Shown here: piece after piece, positions 52,479 through 64,000 of the stretch
How positions within the stretch are numbered: the first letter of the stretch is position 1
Layout: every line of letters begins with the position of its first letter
Source of the DNA: an uncultured delta proteobacterium
GTDB taxonomy: Bacteria; Desulfobacterota; Syntrophia; Syntrophales; UBA5619
Assembly (NCBI GenBank): GCA_963817385.1
Contig: CAWFOM010000007.1
Coordinates: 1 to 64,000, forward strand
Direction: 5' to 3'
Length of the DNA: 64,000 nt
Program-made: the position numbers and the translations under genes
The notes under the pieces: generated by a model
Seen by the model: the letters and a program-made list of their open reading frames with translations, nothing else
Told to the model about the DNA's origin: nothing
The model's database searches: none

Positions 52479-54050
52479 ATGGACTATGACTATCTCGTCG
52501 TGGGCAGCGGCTTCGGCGGCGCCGTCTCGGCGCTGCGATTGGCGGAGAAGGGATACCGAGTTGCCGTGCTGGAACAGGGCCGTCGTGTAAGCCGCGCCAA
52601 CATGGAAGGGGCTGCCAAAAACATCAGACAGCTCTTCTGGCTCCCCTCGCTTGGATGGCAAGGGTTTTTCTCGCAAACCATCTTCCGGCATGTGGGCATC
52701 GTAGCCGGCATCGGCGTCGGCGGGGGCAGCCTGGTCTACGCGGCGGTGCTCGTCGAACCTAAATCGGCCTTCTTTGCCGATCCGGTCTGGAGCAGACTGG
52801 GCGTCGATTGGGAAGTGGAACTGAGACCCCACTATGAGACGGTCAAGCGAATGCTGGGCTGCACCGTCAACCCCTGCCTCGGCCAGATGGACGACTGGCT
52901 GAAACGCACTGCAGAGACAATGAACGCGGGAGACTCCTTCGGTCCGGTGCCGCTGGGTATCTATTTCGGCGAACCGGAAGTGACCCGGCCTGATCCATTC
53001 TTCAGCGGCCGGGGGCCGGAGCGGACCGGCTGCAAGCTGTGCGGCGAGTGCCTGACCGGCTGCCCCCACGGATCAAAAAACAGCCTGGATTTAAATTACC
53101 TCTATCTGGCGGAACGTCTCGGCGTCGAAATCATGCCGGAACGCAAGGTAACTCTCGTCAAGCCTCTGACGGGCGTCGGCTATCGAGTGGAGACGGTCAA
53201 CTCGCTCAACGGGCAGGTCCATGCGCCCCTAACCGCAGACAAGGTGATCCTCGCCGCAGGCGTCCTGGGCACCCTGACGCTGCTCTTTCGCTGCCGGGAT
53301 GAATTCGGAACGCTTCCGGAAATCTCACCGCAACTGGGCCGGATGGCGCGAACAAACAGCGAAGCGATCGTCGCCATCCTGTCGCGCGATCCGACCGCCG
53401 ATCTGGCCAAAGGGACGGCAATCTCTTCGGACTTTTACGCCGATCCCCACACCCACGTCACCCAGAATCGCTTTCCTGCCGGTTACACCTTCATGAAGTG
53501 GCAAGCCGGCCCCCTGGTGGACGATCTTCGGCCGAGGATGCGGGCATTGAAAACGCTCTCCGCTTTCCTGCTGCATCCGTTGCGCTCGACCCTGTCGTGG
53601 CGCGCCGGCAACTGGCACAAGCGGATCAGCGTGCTGACCGTGATGCAGCATCTGGACAACCAGCTTGCCTTTCGCTACGGGAGGGGGCCGCTTTCGCTTT
53701 TCCGCAAATCCCTGCAATCCGTGACAATCCCCGGAAAAGGCGCGCCTGCCTACATACCCGTCGCAAACGCCGCCGCCCGCGCTTTTGCCCGTCACGCGGA
53801 CGGCGAACCGGCCAACGTGTTGCTGGAGAGTCTGGCCAACCTCTCCTTCACGGCCCATATTCTGGGTGGATGTCACATGGGCGGTTCACGCGAGACCGGT
53901 GTGATTGACGCGGCTCACCAGGTGTTCGGGTATCCTGGCCTGTACGTCGTGGATGGAGCGGCAGTTTCGGCAAACGTGGGCGTCAATCCGAGCTTGACTA
54001 TCGCAGCCCTGGCCGAACGATGCATGAGTTTAATCCCGGCCAGACAATAA
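52479..54050 (+). CDS. GMC oxidoreductase, cholesterol oxidase (ChoD)-like
   Basis: GSGFGGAVSALRLAEKGY, GGGSLVY, CKLCGECLTGC, HILGG, GVNPSLTI. Confidence 0.87.
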   Translation: MDYDYLVVGSGFGGAVSALRLAEKGYRVAVLEQGRRVSRANMEGAAKNIRQLFWLPSLGWQGFFSQTIFRHVGIVAGIGVGGGSLVYAAVLVEPKSAFFADPVWSRLGVDWEVELRPHYETVKRMLGCTVNPCLGQMDDWLKRTAETMNAGDSFGPVPLGIYFGEPEVTRPDPFFSGRGPERTGCKLCGECLTGCPHGSKNSLDLNYLYLAERLGVEIMPERKVTLVKPLTGVGYRVETVNSLNGQVHAPLTADKVILAAGVLGTLTLLFRCRDEFGTLPEISPQLGRMARTNSEAIVAILSRDPTADLAKGTAISSDFYADPHTHVTQNRFPAGYTFMKWQAGPLVDDLRPRMRALKTLSAFLLHPLRSTLSWRAGNWHKRISVLTVMQHLDNQLAFRYGRGPLSLFRKSLQSVTIPGKGAPAYIPVANAAARAFARHADGEPANVLLESLANLSFTAHILGGCHMGGSRETGVIDAAHQVFGYPGLYVVDGAAVSANVGVNPSLTIAALAERCMSLIPARQ

Positions 54051-54325
54051 GAGGGGAAAAGCTCATCCATTCCGCTGTGGGCTCAGGGAGAAAAAAGTCA
54101 AGAAGCCCTCCGGGCGACCCTCATGATTCGTCAACTCTGGCAACGCTACCCGGAGCCGAGGGGCGGGAAAGAGAAACAGTGGATCGAAGAATGTCTGGTG
54201 GCTTGTAAAAGATTTGATTTCAAAAAATGTTATCAGATCAAGCCACTCACATCCGCGGAGGGCAAATAAGAGTGCGCCCCCTTCGTCACCGATCCGTGAC
54301 GAGCGGATGATTACCCGGCTCGCTG

Positions 54326-54547
54326 CTATGCGGGTACCGTCAATCCGATCTTTTTTAGCCTATACCGCTCCTTAGTCGTGGCCGAAACTATCTGGTAGCC
54401 GAGAACCACCCATGAGTTTTTATCAACAACTTCACCTTCAGACAAGACAAGAACCGGCTGCCCATAAGATGATGAATGTCGTGTTGTAATCTCCGCGCTA
54501 ACCCTCTGCACCTTACCATCATGATTTCTAAAAGAAACGATCATCAA
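54326..54547 (-). CDS. Small hypothetical protein
   Basis: 73-aa ORF with GGAGG RBS and an upstream sigma54 promoter. Confidence 0.55.
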   Translation of the reverse strand: MMIVSFRNHDGKVQRVSAEITTRHSSSYGQPVLVLSEGEVVDKNSWVVLGYQIVSATTKERYRLKKIGLTVPA

Positions 54548-54593
54548 ACGTTATCCTCCCTTATTAGGGTACAATTATTTCCGTATATTTGTA

Positions 54594-54610
54594 AGCACAT
54601 GGGATGCCAA
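54594..54610 (-). promoter_or_regulatory. sigma54 promoter
   Basis: TTGGCATCCCATGTGCT on the minus strand, GG-N10-GC. Confidence 0.65.
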
Positions 54611-54877
54611 AAGTTGTCACACTAATCAACACCCTAAATTCATGCAGTATATTATGAATGTAGCGAAGTCCGTACTGGCGATTTTGAAGGAATATCCGTG
54701 CACTATAGGCAAATAAATGTATGGTATTGCCCTCATCACATCGATACGAACCTTCGGGATTCAGAGAAATTATAGGACCCCGTGCAGCCTCAAGATATGG
54801 GGCATTCCGTGAGTTTGCTTTTTAATGTATCAAATATTTTGTCCGTTTTTAGGGGTCCCAGGTTTGCTGAGTACCGG

Positions 54878-54911
54878 TGTACTAAAAATTCTGTACTAAA
54901 AATTCTTGACA
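54878..54911 (+). promoter_or_regulatory. Tandem 14-bp direct repeat abutting a -35 box
   Basis: TGTACTAAAAATTC twice, followed directly by TTGACA. Confidence 0.6.
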
Positions 54912-55035
54912 TAAGGGTATACGGCTGATATCCGCTTAAGGCTTCAATACCGGCCGTAAAATTACGGAGGTTGGTATCGAGTTCTAAGACGAGCTGACGT
55001 ACCATTACAACTGACAAAAAGAACGGGGAAAACAC

Positions 55036-56400
55036 ATGGGAACACAAGCCAACGTGATGACATGTCTAAAACAGTATATGGCCCAAATGCACACCGTGGA
55101 GCTTCCGCCCCAGGTGCTCCAGAAGGCAAAGCACCATATCCTTGACACCCTTGCCGCCATGATCTCCGGATCGCAGCTTAAACCTGGGCGCTTTGCCATC
55201 ACCTACGCAGAGCAACAGGGGGGTCCGCCCGAGTCACAGGTGGTGGGCAGCCGGGTTCGTGTCTCGGCAATAAACGCTGCCCTGGCAAATGGGATGCTGG
55301 CGCACTCCGATGAAACCGACGACAACCACCCCGTAGGGGGCATCCATCCGGGTTGCTCTGTGGTCCCTGCCGCCCTGGCCGTAGCGGAGCGGGAGGATGC
55401 TAGCGGGGCGGACTTCATTCGGGCGGTGGTCCTGGGCTATGATATCGGTTGTCGGACGATCAGGGCTCTTGGGGGTAGTTTGCCCCTCAGGGCCAGGAAT
55501 CACCTCCCGTTCAGCATCGGCGGGACTATGGGGGCTACGGCGGCCGCGGGAAGTCTTGCAGGGCTGAGGAAGGAGCAGTTTCCGTATCTGTTCTCCTTCG
55601 GCGTGCAGCAGGCATCCGGTGTGATGACCTACGCCCGGGACACCGAGCACATAGAGAAGGCCTTCATTTTCGGTGGCATGCCCGCCCGCAATGGCGTGAC
55701 AGCCGCCACAATGGTAAAGAACGGGTTCACCGGCGTCACTGACGTCTTCAGCGGGGACGGCAACTTTTTCGTCGCTTACTCCGACAAGCCCAATCCTGAG
55801 GAACTGGTTGCTGAGCTGGGATCCCGCTACGAAGTGATGGTTGCCAACATCAAGAAGTACTGCATAGGGGGGCCCATTCAATTACCCCTGGAAGGTTTGA
55901 TGCTGATTATGGAGGAGCACCACATCGGGGCCCGGGAGATCGAAGAGATTGTCGTCCACCTTGAGAAGAGCTTCGCCCATACGATAAACGACCGGGAGAT
56001 GCCGGATATAAACCTCCAATATGTTTTTGCCGTCACCCTTCTTGACGGGAAACTTACCTTCGAGGCTGCCCACTCCTTTGAAAGGATGAAGGATCCCGTT
56101 GTGATGGACTTGAAGTCACGGGTCAAGATTATTGCCGACCCGGAATTGAGCCGCATACTTCCCGCACGCCATGCCATTTTAGAGGTGGTCAACAAGGACG
56201 GGCGAAAAATCGAAAAACGGGTCACAACCTTCCGCGGCAATTCAGATAATCCGCTGTCCACCGAAGAGGTTGAGAAGAAGGCAGGGGATCTCATTGAGCC
56301 CATATTGGGAACTCAGCGGTCTCGAAAGCTGATGGACACGATCTTCCACTTGGAGAGACTCACCAGTATCCGGGAACTGCAACCAATGCTGCAGCGATAG
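55036..56400 (+). CDS. MmgE/PrpD family protein
   Basis: AALANGMLAHSDETDD, HPG...PAALAVAE, IKKY. Confidence 0.9.
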   Translation: MGTQANVMTCLKQYMAQMHTVELPPQVLQKAKHHILDTLAAMISGSQLKPGRFAITYAEQQGGPPESQVVGSRVRVSAINAALANGMLAHSDETDDNHPVGGIHPGCSVVPAALAVAEREDASGADFIRAVVLGYDIGCRTIRALGGSLPLRARNHLPFSIGGTMGATAAAGSLAGLRKEQFPYLFSFGVQQASGVMTYARDTEHIEKAFIFGGMPARNGVTAATMVKNGFTGVTDVFSGDGNFFVAYSDKPNPEELVAELGSRYEVMVANIKKYCIGGPIQLPLEGLMLIMEEHHIGAREIEEIVVHLEKSFAHTINDREMPDINLQYVFAVTLLDGKLTFEAAHSFERMKDPVVMDLKSRVKIIADPELSRILPARHAILEVVNKDGRKIEKRVTTFRGNSDNPLSTEEVEKKAGDLIEPILGTQRSRKLMDTIFHLERLTSIRELQPMLQR

Positions 56401-56563
56401 TGTGATCAGCCGTCATTCGAGAACACTGAGGATTGAAACTGCTCTTTTAAAGTTTTGTTCACCATCCATGTTGGTCCACGTTAAGGTGTGGGTCTTCGCC
56501 GCCGCTCCCCACGCTTGAATGAGGCGGGGGATAAGCCAAAATTGAACAGAAGGAGGGATAATT

Positions 56564-57553
56564 ATGAAAATCATTACCAAATCCAGATTGTTGATTGTGG
56601 TCGGGCTGTTGTTTTTTCTTGGAATCGGGGCCGCCTATGGAGCGTCGGATTTCCCCAGAAAAGCCGTCACCATCGTGTGCCACACCGGCGCCGGCGCAGG
56701 CATGGACCTCTTAGCCAGGGCCATCGCAGCAATGAATGACAAGTACAAACTCTTACCCCAACCGATGTCGGTGGAGAACAAGCCGGGCGGCAGCGGTGCC
56801 GTAGCAATGGCCTATGTAGCGGGCAAGAAGAAAGATCCCTACAACCTCATAACGATTGTGGCTGGGCCGTTTATCCAGACGCCCGTGGTAGAGGGATTGT
56901 CGGTGACTTACCGGGATTTCACGCCCATCGTCGGATTACTGTATGAAGAGGTGGCATTAGTGGTCAACGCCAATTCTAAGTTTAAAACCTTGCGGGATCT
57001 GGTGGATGCCGCCAAGGCCAGTCCCGATACGATCGTAGCAGGCGGCCCCAATAAATCCAGTCAACTCTTCTTCTGCTTTTACGATTTGGAGAAAGCAGCA
57101 GGGGTCAAGATGAAGTACGTCACCTTTGCTGGTGGTGGACAAGCACTGGTAGCGAATCTGGGCGGTCATGTAGATTTTTCCTTGCAGCAACCTTCCGAGG
57201 TCTCGGAGTTAAGAAAGGCCGGTAAGGTTCGCGTTTTGGGAATTTTCTCGGAGAAACGCATTCCCGGACTCCCCGATGTTCCCACGGTTAAGGAGCAGGG
57301 TTTTAATGTCGTCGCCCCACCAACGATGCGGGGCTTTGCCGCCCCGAAAGACATTCCCGCGGATGCCCGCAAAATCTTAGAAGAGGCATTCATGAAGGCT
57401 ACCAAGACCGAAGAATATAAGAAATTTGTCAGTGACATGTTCAGCGTCGAACATATTATGGATGGCGAAACGTTTGGCAAGTGGCTGGCTCAAGAGGAAG
57501 TCCGCTTTCAGAGTGACCTTGACAGAACTGGCTTTCCCTATAAGAAGAAATAG
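56564..57553 (+). CDS. tctC: TctC family substrate-binding protein
   Basis: GAGAGMDLLAR, ENKPGGSG, PDVPTVKEQG. Confidence 0.88.
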   Translation: MKIITKSRLLIVVGLLFFLGIGAAYGASDFPRKAVTIVCHTGAGAGMDLLARAIAAMNDKYKLLPQPMSVENKPGGSGAVAMAYVAGKKKDPYNLITIVAGPFIQTPVVEGLSVTYRDFTPIVGLLYEEVALVVNANSKFKTLRDLVDAAKASPDTIVAGGPNKSSQLFFCFYDLEKAAGVKMKYVTFAGGGQALVANLGGHVDFSLQQPSEVSELRKAGKVRVLGIFSEKRIPGLPDVPTVKEQGFNVVAPPTMRGFAAPKDIPADARKILEEAFMKATKTEEYKKFVSDMFSVEHIMDGETFGKWLAQEEVRFQSDLDRTGFPYKKK

Positions 57554-57641
57554 AGAAAAATATAGCGTCAGCGCCGGGTGGCAGGGCCTTGCCTCGCCAC
57601 CCGGCGCAATGCGTACCGAAATTGAAAAGAAAGAGGGTACG

Positions 57642-58106
57642 ATGAAAAGACATGATCGAATGATCGGCATTATCTTGTTGATCTTCTCTGGACTAATCAT
57701 TTTCGAGACGTTGAGAATCCCGACGCGCCCCCAGACAAGTTTTGAACCCGGGCCGACGTTCCTTCCCTTCTGGGTGGGGGTGACCATTGCGATTCTTTCC
57801 ATCCTTTTGATTGTCTACGCTTCTCGTCTTCCAGCCGAACCTCACAGTCAGACAATCTTTCCGGACGGACGGGGACTCATAAACGTCGGGCTCCTCGTGG
57901 CAACGTTGATTGCTTATACCGCCCTGCTTGATATTCTCGGGTATATCGTCTGCACCGTATCCGCTAATATTTTCCTGATGCGTTTTGTAATGCAGGCGAA
58001 ATGGAAATTTACCCTGTGGGAATCGGTGCTCGTAACATTTTTGCTTACCGTGTCATTCGGGTACCTGATGGAGGGCGGCCTTCCCAAGAATATATTTGGA
58101 TTCTAG
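57642..58106 (+). CDS. tctB: TctB family protein
   Basis: PGPTFLP, about four TM segments; lies between tctC and tctA. Confidence 0.82.
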   Translation: MKRHDRMIGIILLIFSGLIIFETLRIPTRPQTSFEPGPTFLPFWVGVTIAILSILLIVYASRLPAEPHSQTIFPDGRGLINVGLLVATLIAYTALLDILGYIVCTVSANIFLMRFVMQAKWKFTLWESVLVTFLLTVSFGYLMEGGLPKNIFGF

Positions 58107-58185
58107 TGACTCTAGCAGGCGTCAGAAAAATCATGTAATGGAGTGCACTGCCAGGATAACTGCGGATAATTAGAGGGATAATATT

Positions 58186-59712
58186 ATGAGCGTATTGGAT
58201 AGTGTATTATTAGGTTTCCAGGTAGCCATGACCCCCGAAAACTTGTTCTTCTGCTTCCTTGGCTGCCTGTTCGGTACGTTTATCGGCGTATTGCCGGGGA
58301 TTGGGCCGAGCGCAGGGATATCGGTACTTCTGCCCCTCACTTTGGGTTTGTCTCCGACTACGGCGCTCATCACATTGAGCGCCATTTATTATGGGGTTAT
58401 GTATGGGGGAACTACCACGTCGGTTCTCCTCAACATCCCGGGCGAAGCGTCTTCGGTAGTCACCTGCCTTGATGGTCATCAGTTGGCCCGTCAGGGTCGC
58501 GCTGCGCCTGTTCTGGGAATGGCCGCCTTCGCGTCGTTCATAGCAGGCACCTTTGGCATCATCATGCTCACCGTCCTGGCGACACCGATCGTCAATGCCG
58601 CCTTGGCTTTTGGGCCGCCGGAATATTTTGCTGTCTGTTTATTGGGATTAACTTTAGTGTCCAGCCTGGGTGGTGAGTCTTTGATAAAGGGGTTCTTATC
58701 TGGTGCGTTTGGACTATTCTTTGCCTGTATTGGTACGGATGTGTATAGCGGCGCACCTCGATTCACCTATGGCCAGATTTACCTTATCGATGGAATCGGT
58801 CTTATCAACATGGCGGTCGGCCTCTTTGCATTGTCCGAAGTAATGATCAATGTGGAGAAAATCGGGGTGCAGGTCTTCGCCCAGTTCAAGGTAAGGATCA
58901 GGGATGTGTTACCAACTCTTCAAGATTGGAAGGATTCCGCAGGAGCTATTGGACGGGGCACCATACTTGGTTTCTTTATTGGCGTGCTTCCGGGGGCAGG
59001 AGCGATCATCGCTTCGTTTCTCGCCTACGGTATAGAGAAAAAGGTCAGCAAACACCCCGAGAAATTCGGTACCGGAGTTATGGAAGGAGTTGCCGCGCCG
59101 GAGTCCGCCAACAACGCCGCCGCACAGGGTGCATTCGTCCCCTTGCTCACTCTGGGACTCCCCGGTTCTCCAACGACCGCCATACTCCTGGGAGCCCTGA
59201 TAATCCATGGAATCCAGCCGGGGCCTTTTCTGATAGGGTCCCATCCCGACCTCTTTTGGGGATTGATCGCCAGCATGTACATAGGCAATGTGATGTTGGT
59301 TATTCTGAACTTGCCTTTGGTCTCTATATGGACGAGCTTGTTGAAAGTCCCTTACGCCGCCATTATGCCGCTTATCGTCTTGCTATCTTGCGTGGGCATC
59401 TATGCGACGGAAAATAACACCTTTGACTTGTGGATGATGATTTTCTTTGGCATCATCGGCTACCTCGGGCGTAAGTTTGATTACCCTCTTGCACCAATGA
59501 TATTGGCTATGGTGCTCGGTCCCCTCTTGGAATCAACTCTGCAGCAATCACTGGTTCTGTCGGGCGGTAGTCTGTCCATCTTTTTTACCCGTCCTATTAG
59601 TGCTTCGGTGATGCTCCTGGCACTGTTTTCTGCATTTGCTCCTTTCTTAATGAAACGGTTTAGAAAAAAAGAACTTAGAGAGGCGATTGTGGAAGGACAA
59701 AATGACTTATAA
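58186..59712 (+). CDS. tctA: TctA family protein
   Basis: GVLPGIG, YGGTTTSVLLNIPGE, APESANNA, TLGLPGS. Confidence 0.93.
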   Translation: MSVLDSVLLGFQVAMTPENLFFCFLGCLFGTFIGVLPGIGPSAGISVLLPLTLGLSPTTALITLSAIYYGVMYGGTTTSVLLNIPGEASSVVTCLDGHQLARQGRAAPVLGMAAFASFIAGTFGIIMLTVLATPIVNAALAFGPPEYFAVCLLGLTLVSSLGGESLIKGFLSGAFGLFFACIGTDVYSGAPRFTYGQIYLIDGIGLINMAVGLFALSEVMINVEKIGVQVFAQFKVRIRDVLPTLQDWKDSAGAIGRGTILGFFIGVLPGAGAIIASFLAYGIEKKVSKHPEKFGTGVMEGVAAPESANNAAAQGAFVPLLTLGLPGSPTTAILLGALIIHGIQPGPFLIGSHPDLFWGLIASMYIGNVMLVILNLPLVSIWTSLLKVPYAAIMPLIVLLSCVGIYATENNTFDLWMMIFFGIIGYLGRKFDYPLAPMILAMVLGPLLESTLQQSLVLSGGSLSIFFTRPISASVMLLALFSAFAPFLMKRFRKKELREAIVEGQNDL

Positions 59713-60019
59713 TTGACCTACGAATACACAGAGGAGTATGATGTTGGTGCAAAATTTGGATTACTGAATGTTGGGGAAAATGAAGATAATGATGGTGATT
59801 TACCAAGCGATGATTTTATGTGTTCAAGGTGGGAAGAAAAATTAGAGAACGGGCGGCACCAAATTTATTTAACCGAAGTTGAAGTCATTGACAACGTCTA
59901 CGAAAATTTTGACCTCTTAAAAGCAACGGACGAAAAATCCGCGACCAAATCTTTGCCCATTCTTTGCCCAGAAAAACAAAAGGGAACTCCCAAAATCGGG
60001 AATTCCCTTTAATTTCAAG

Positions 60020-60096
60020 TGGTGGGTCGTACGGGAATCGGACCCGTGACCAACGGATTAAAAGTCCGCTGCTCTACCGGACTGAGCTAACGACCC
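60020..60096 (-). tRNA. tRNA-Lys (UUU), CCA encoded
   Basis: GGGTCGTTAGCTCAGTCCGGTAGAGCAGCGGAC-TTTTAA-TCCGTTGGTCACGGGTCCGATTCCCGTACGACCCACCA. Confidence 0.95.
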
Positions 60097-60177
60097 GCGA
60101 TCTGAAAGCCCGCCCACATAACAGGAACGGGCATTTTTTGTCAAGCGGAAACATGAGCGGCTGTGATCCGGTCCCCA

Positions 60178-61501
<1,324 letters not shown>

Positions 61502-61525
61502 TTACCGTTGAAGACGCAGGGGTCT

Positions 61526-63110
61526 TTACATTTCCAATTCGGTGACCGAGATCACGTGCGGCAGTCTCCGGAGTTTTTCGATCACATCCGCGGAGGCGCT
61601 GCTGTCGGTGCTCAGGACGACCATCGCCTGGCCGTCGACCTGTTCGCGGCTCAGGTGAAGTCGCGAGATGTTGACGCCGCTTGTGCCCAGGGTCGTGCCG
61701 ATGTTGCCGATAACGCCCGGCTTGTCCTCGTTGAACATGACGAACATCCGCCCTTCCGGGATGACCTCGACCGTAAATTTGTTGATCCGCACGATCCGCG
61801 GCTCCTGACGGCCGAAGATGGTTCCTGCGGCGCCGGCTTCGCCTTTGGCGGTCTTGATCGTCACGGAGATCATGCTTGTATAGTCTTTTACCTCGCTGCT
61901 TTTTACTTCGACCACCTTGATCCCGCGTTCCTTGGCGATGAGCGGGGCGTTGATGTAATTTACGCTCTCGTTGAGGATGGGGGTAAGGAGCCCCTTGAGC
62001 AGAGATATGGTGATCGGGGCGACATTATAGTTAAGGATCTCTCCGCTGTACTCAACGATGACCTCCTTGATGCCGCCGGAAACGAGCTGGGCCTCGAACT
62101 TTCCCAGCTTCTCCGCCAGGACCAGATAGGGGCGGATCACGGCCAAGAGCTCGGCGCGTGACCGAAGGGAAGTTTACGGCGCCCTTGATCTCACCGGTCG
62201 TCAGGTAGGCGACGATCTGCTCGGCGACGGCAATGGCAACATTGATTTGCGCCTCGTCGGTGGAGGCCCCCAGGTGGGGCGTGCAGATGACGTTTTCAAG
62301 CGCAATGAGCGCCGTGTTCTTCGTCGGCTCTTCCTCGAAGACGTCGAGGGCGGCGCCGGCCACCTTGCCGGATACGAGGGCGTCATAGAGATCCTTCTCG
62401 CTGACGATCCCGCCCCGGGCGCAGTTGACGATGTAGACCCCCTTTTTCATCCTTGCAAAGGCAGCCGCATTGATCACCCCCCGGGTCTCCTTCGTCATGG
62501 GGGTATGGACCGTGATGATATCGGCCTGCCGGAAAATCTCGTCGAGGCTGGCCAGCGTGATCCCCATCTGCTGTGCCGCCTCCGGGGCGATGAAGGGGTC
62601 GTAGGCGATGACCTTCATCTTCAGCCCCTGCGCCCGGTCGGCGACGATGCTGCCGACCCTGCCGATGCCGACGATCCCGAGGGTCTTGTTCATGAACTCA
62701 TGCCCGGTGAATTTGCTCTTTTCCCACTTCCCGGCCTTCATCGACGCCGTCGCCTGGGGGATCATCCGGACCAGGGAGAGCATCATGGCGATCGCGTGTT
62801 CGCCGGTGGTGACGGCGTTGCCGCCGGGGGTGTTCATGACGACGATGCCCCGCTTGCTGGCCGCCGGGATGTCCACGTTGTCGAGGCCGATGCCGGCGCG
62901 GCCGACAACGCTCAGTTTCTCGGCGCAATCGATCACCTCCTGGGTGACCTTGGTGGCGCTCCGGATCACCAGGCCGTCGTAATCGCCGATGACCGCCTTG
63001 AGTTCATCGGGGGTCATCTTCGTTCGGACGTCGACCTCGATTCCCGGTGTCTTTTTGAAGATCTCGATCCCTTCCGTGGACAGGTTGTCACTGATAAGAA
63101 TTTTCTTCAT
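61526..63110 (-). CDS. serA: D-3-phosphoglycerate dehydrogenase (frameshift near 62155)
   Basis: IRSATKVT, GRAGIGLDNVD, TPHLGAST; ASB/ACT region (DKPGVIG) in a second frame. Confidence 0.95.
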
Positions 63111-63158
63111 GAATCATTCCCTCCCTGGGAATTCTATAGAGTTGCGATCTTTTCCCGG

Positions 63159-64000
63159 CTAGACCTTCTCCAACTCCCCAAGGGCGATGCGGATGTCCGC
63201 GGGGTCGATGGTGGGGCCGCACCAGAATCGGAATCCCGGGGGCGCGTCCTTGTATGATCCTATGTCATAGGCGATCTTTCTCTTACCCAATTCGCCGGCG
63301 ATGCCTTTGAGGAATTTTGCCTGCTCCTCGGTCGGCAGCGCCGTAACCTTGTCGCTGACCACGGAGAGGCAGACCGAGGTGTTGGAGCGGATCTCCGGGG
63401 ATACGGCCAGAAATGCGATCCAGTCGTTCTTTGCAACCCACTCCTCTACGACCCTGAGGTTGGCCAGGCTTTTTCGGATGAGGCCGTCGAGACCGATCCC
63501 GTCGGCCCATTTCAGGCCGTCCAGGTAATCCTCCACACAGAGAAGGGAGGGGGTGTTGATCGTGTCCCCCTCGAAGATCGCCCGGTTGACTTTTCCCCCT
63601 TTTTTCATGCGGAAGATCTTGGGCAGCGGCCATGGCGGGTCGTACGATTCCAGGCGTTCCACCGCCCGGGGGCCCAGGACGATCATCCCGTGGCCCGCCT
63701 CACCGCCGAGACACTTCTGCCAGGAGAAGGTCGTCACATCCGTCTTCGACCAGTCGATGGGCATGGCGAAGGCGGCGCTCGTCGCATCGCAGAGGGAAAG
63801 GCCTTTCCGCTCGGCGGGGATCCAGTCCCAGTTCGGGATCTTGACCCCGCTGGTCGTCCCGTTGGCGACGAAGACGACGTCGCTTTCCCAGTCGACTTTC
63901 GCAAGATCGGGGATCCGTCCGTAATCGGCCCGCATGACCGTGGGGTTGAGCTTCAGTTGTTTGGCGATGTCGGTCGCCCACCCCTCCGAGAAACTCTCCC
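63159..64000 (-). CDS. serC: Phosphoserine aminotransferase (5' end outside the window)
   Basis: [32 protein letters not shown]; directly upstream of serA. Confidence 0.9.
   Translation of the reverse strand, partial: ESFSEGWATDIAKQLKLNPTVMRADYGRIPDLAKVDWESDVVFVANGTTSGVKIPNWDWIPAERKGLSLCDATSAAFAMPIDWSKTDVTTFSWQKCLGGEAGHGMIVLGPRAVERLESYDPPWPLPKIFRMKKGGKVNRAIFEGDTINTPSLLCVEDYLDGLKWADGIGLDGLIRKSLANLRVVEEWVAKNDWIAFLAVSPEIRSNTSVCLSVVSDKVTALPTEEQAKFLKGIAGELGKRKIAYDIGSYKDAPPGFRFWCGPTIDPADIRIALGELEKV

Overview
GC-rich chromosomal window from an anaerobic bacterium whose gene content looks deltaproteobacterial (Syntrophales-like; inference only). (1) 0.7-6.0 kb: integron cassette array with no integrase in view. 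Five gene cassettes (HEPN-motif protein, VOC/PhnB protein, SIR2-like protein, SAM methyltransferase, membrane hydrolase) are interleaved with three full copies and one remnant of a ~165-bp ORF-less, strongly self-complementary cassette, and one attC is interrupted by an IS110/IS1111 remnant. (2) 6-24 kb: housekeeping genes (rsmB, fmt, priA, dksA, rfaE2-like, comF, rsfS, oppBC-like, pckG) around a lower-GC islet carrying an intact IS110 with a readable bridge-RNA region and an orphan PEP-CTERM gene. (3) 24-60 kb: organic-acid catabolic region with hyi/garR divergent from Cdc48-like ATPase, FadR/GntR, oxalate oxidoreductase (YPIRP motif) and TctCBA, followed by many orphan catabolic enzymes and more TctC proteins, ending at tRNA-Lys. 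(4) purA, serA, partial serC. Apparent frameshifts in several housekeeping genes suggest assembly indel errors, so pseudogene calls are uncertain. All calls are by eye and motif recognition; no searches were run.
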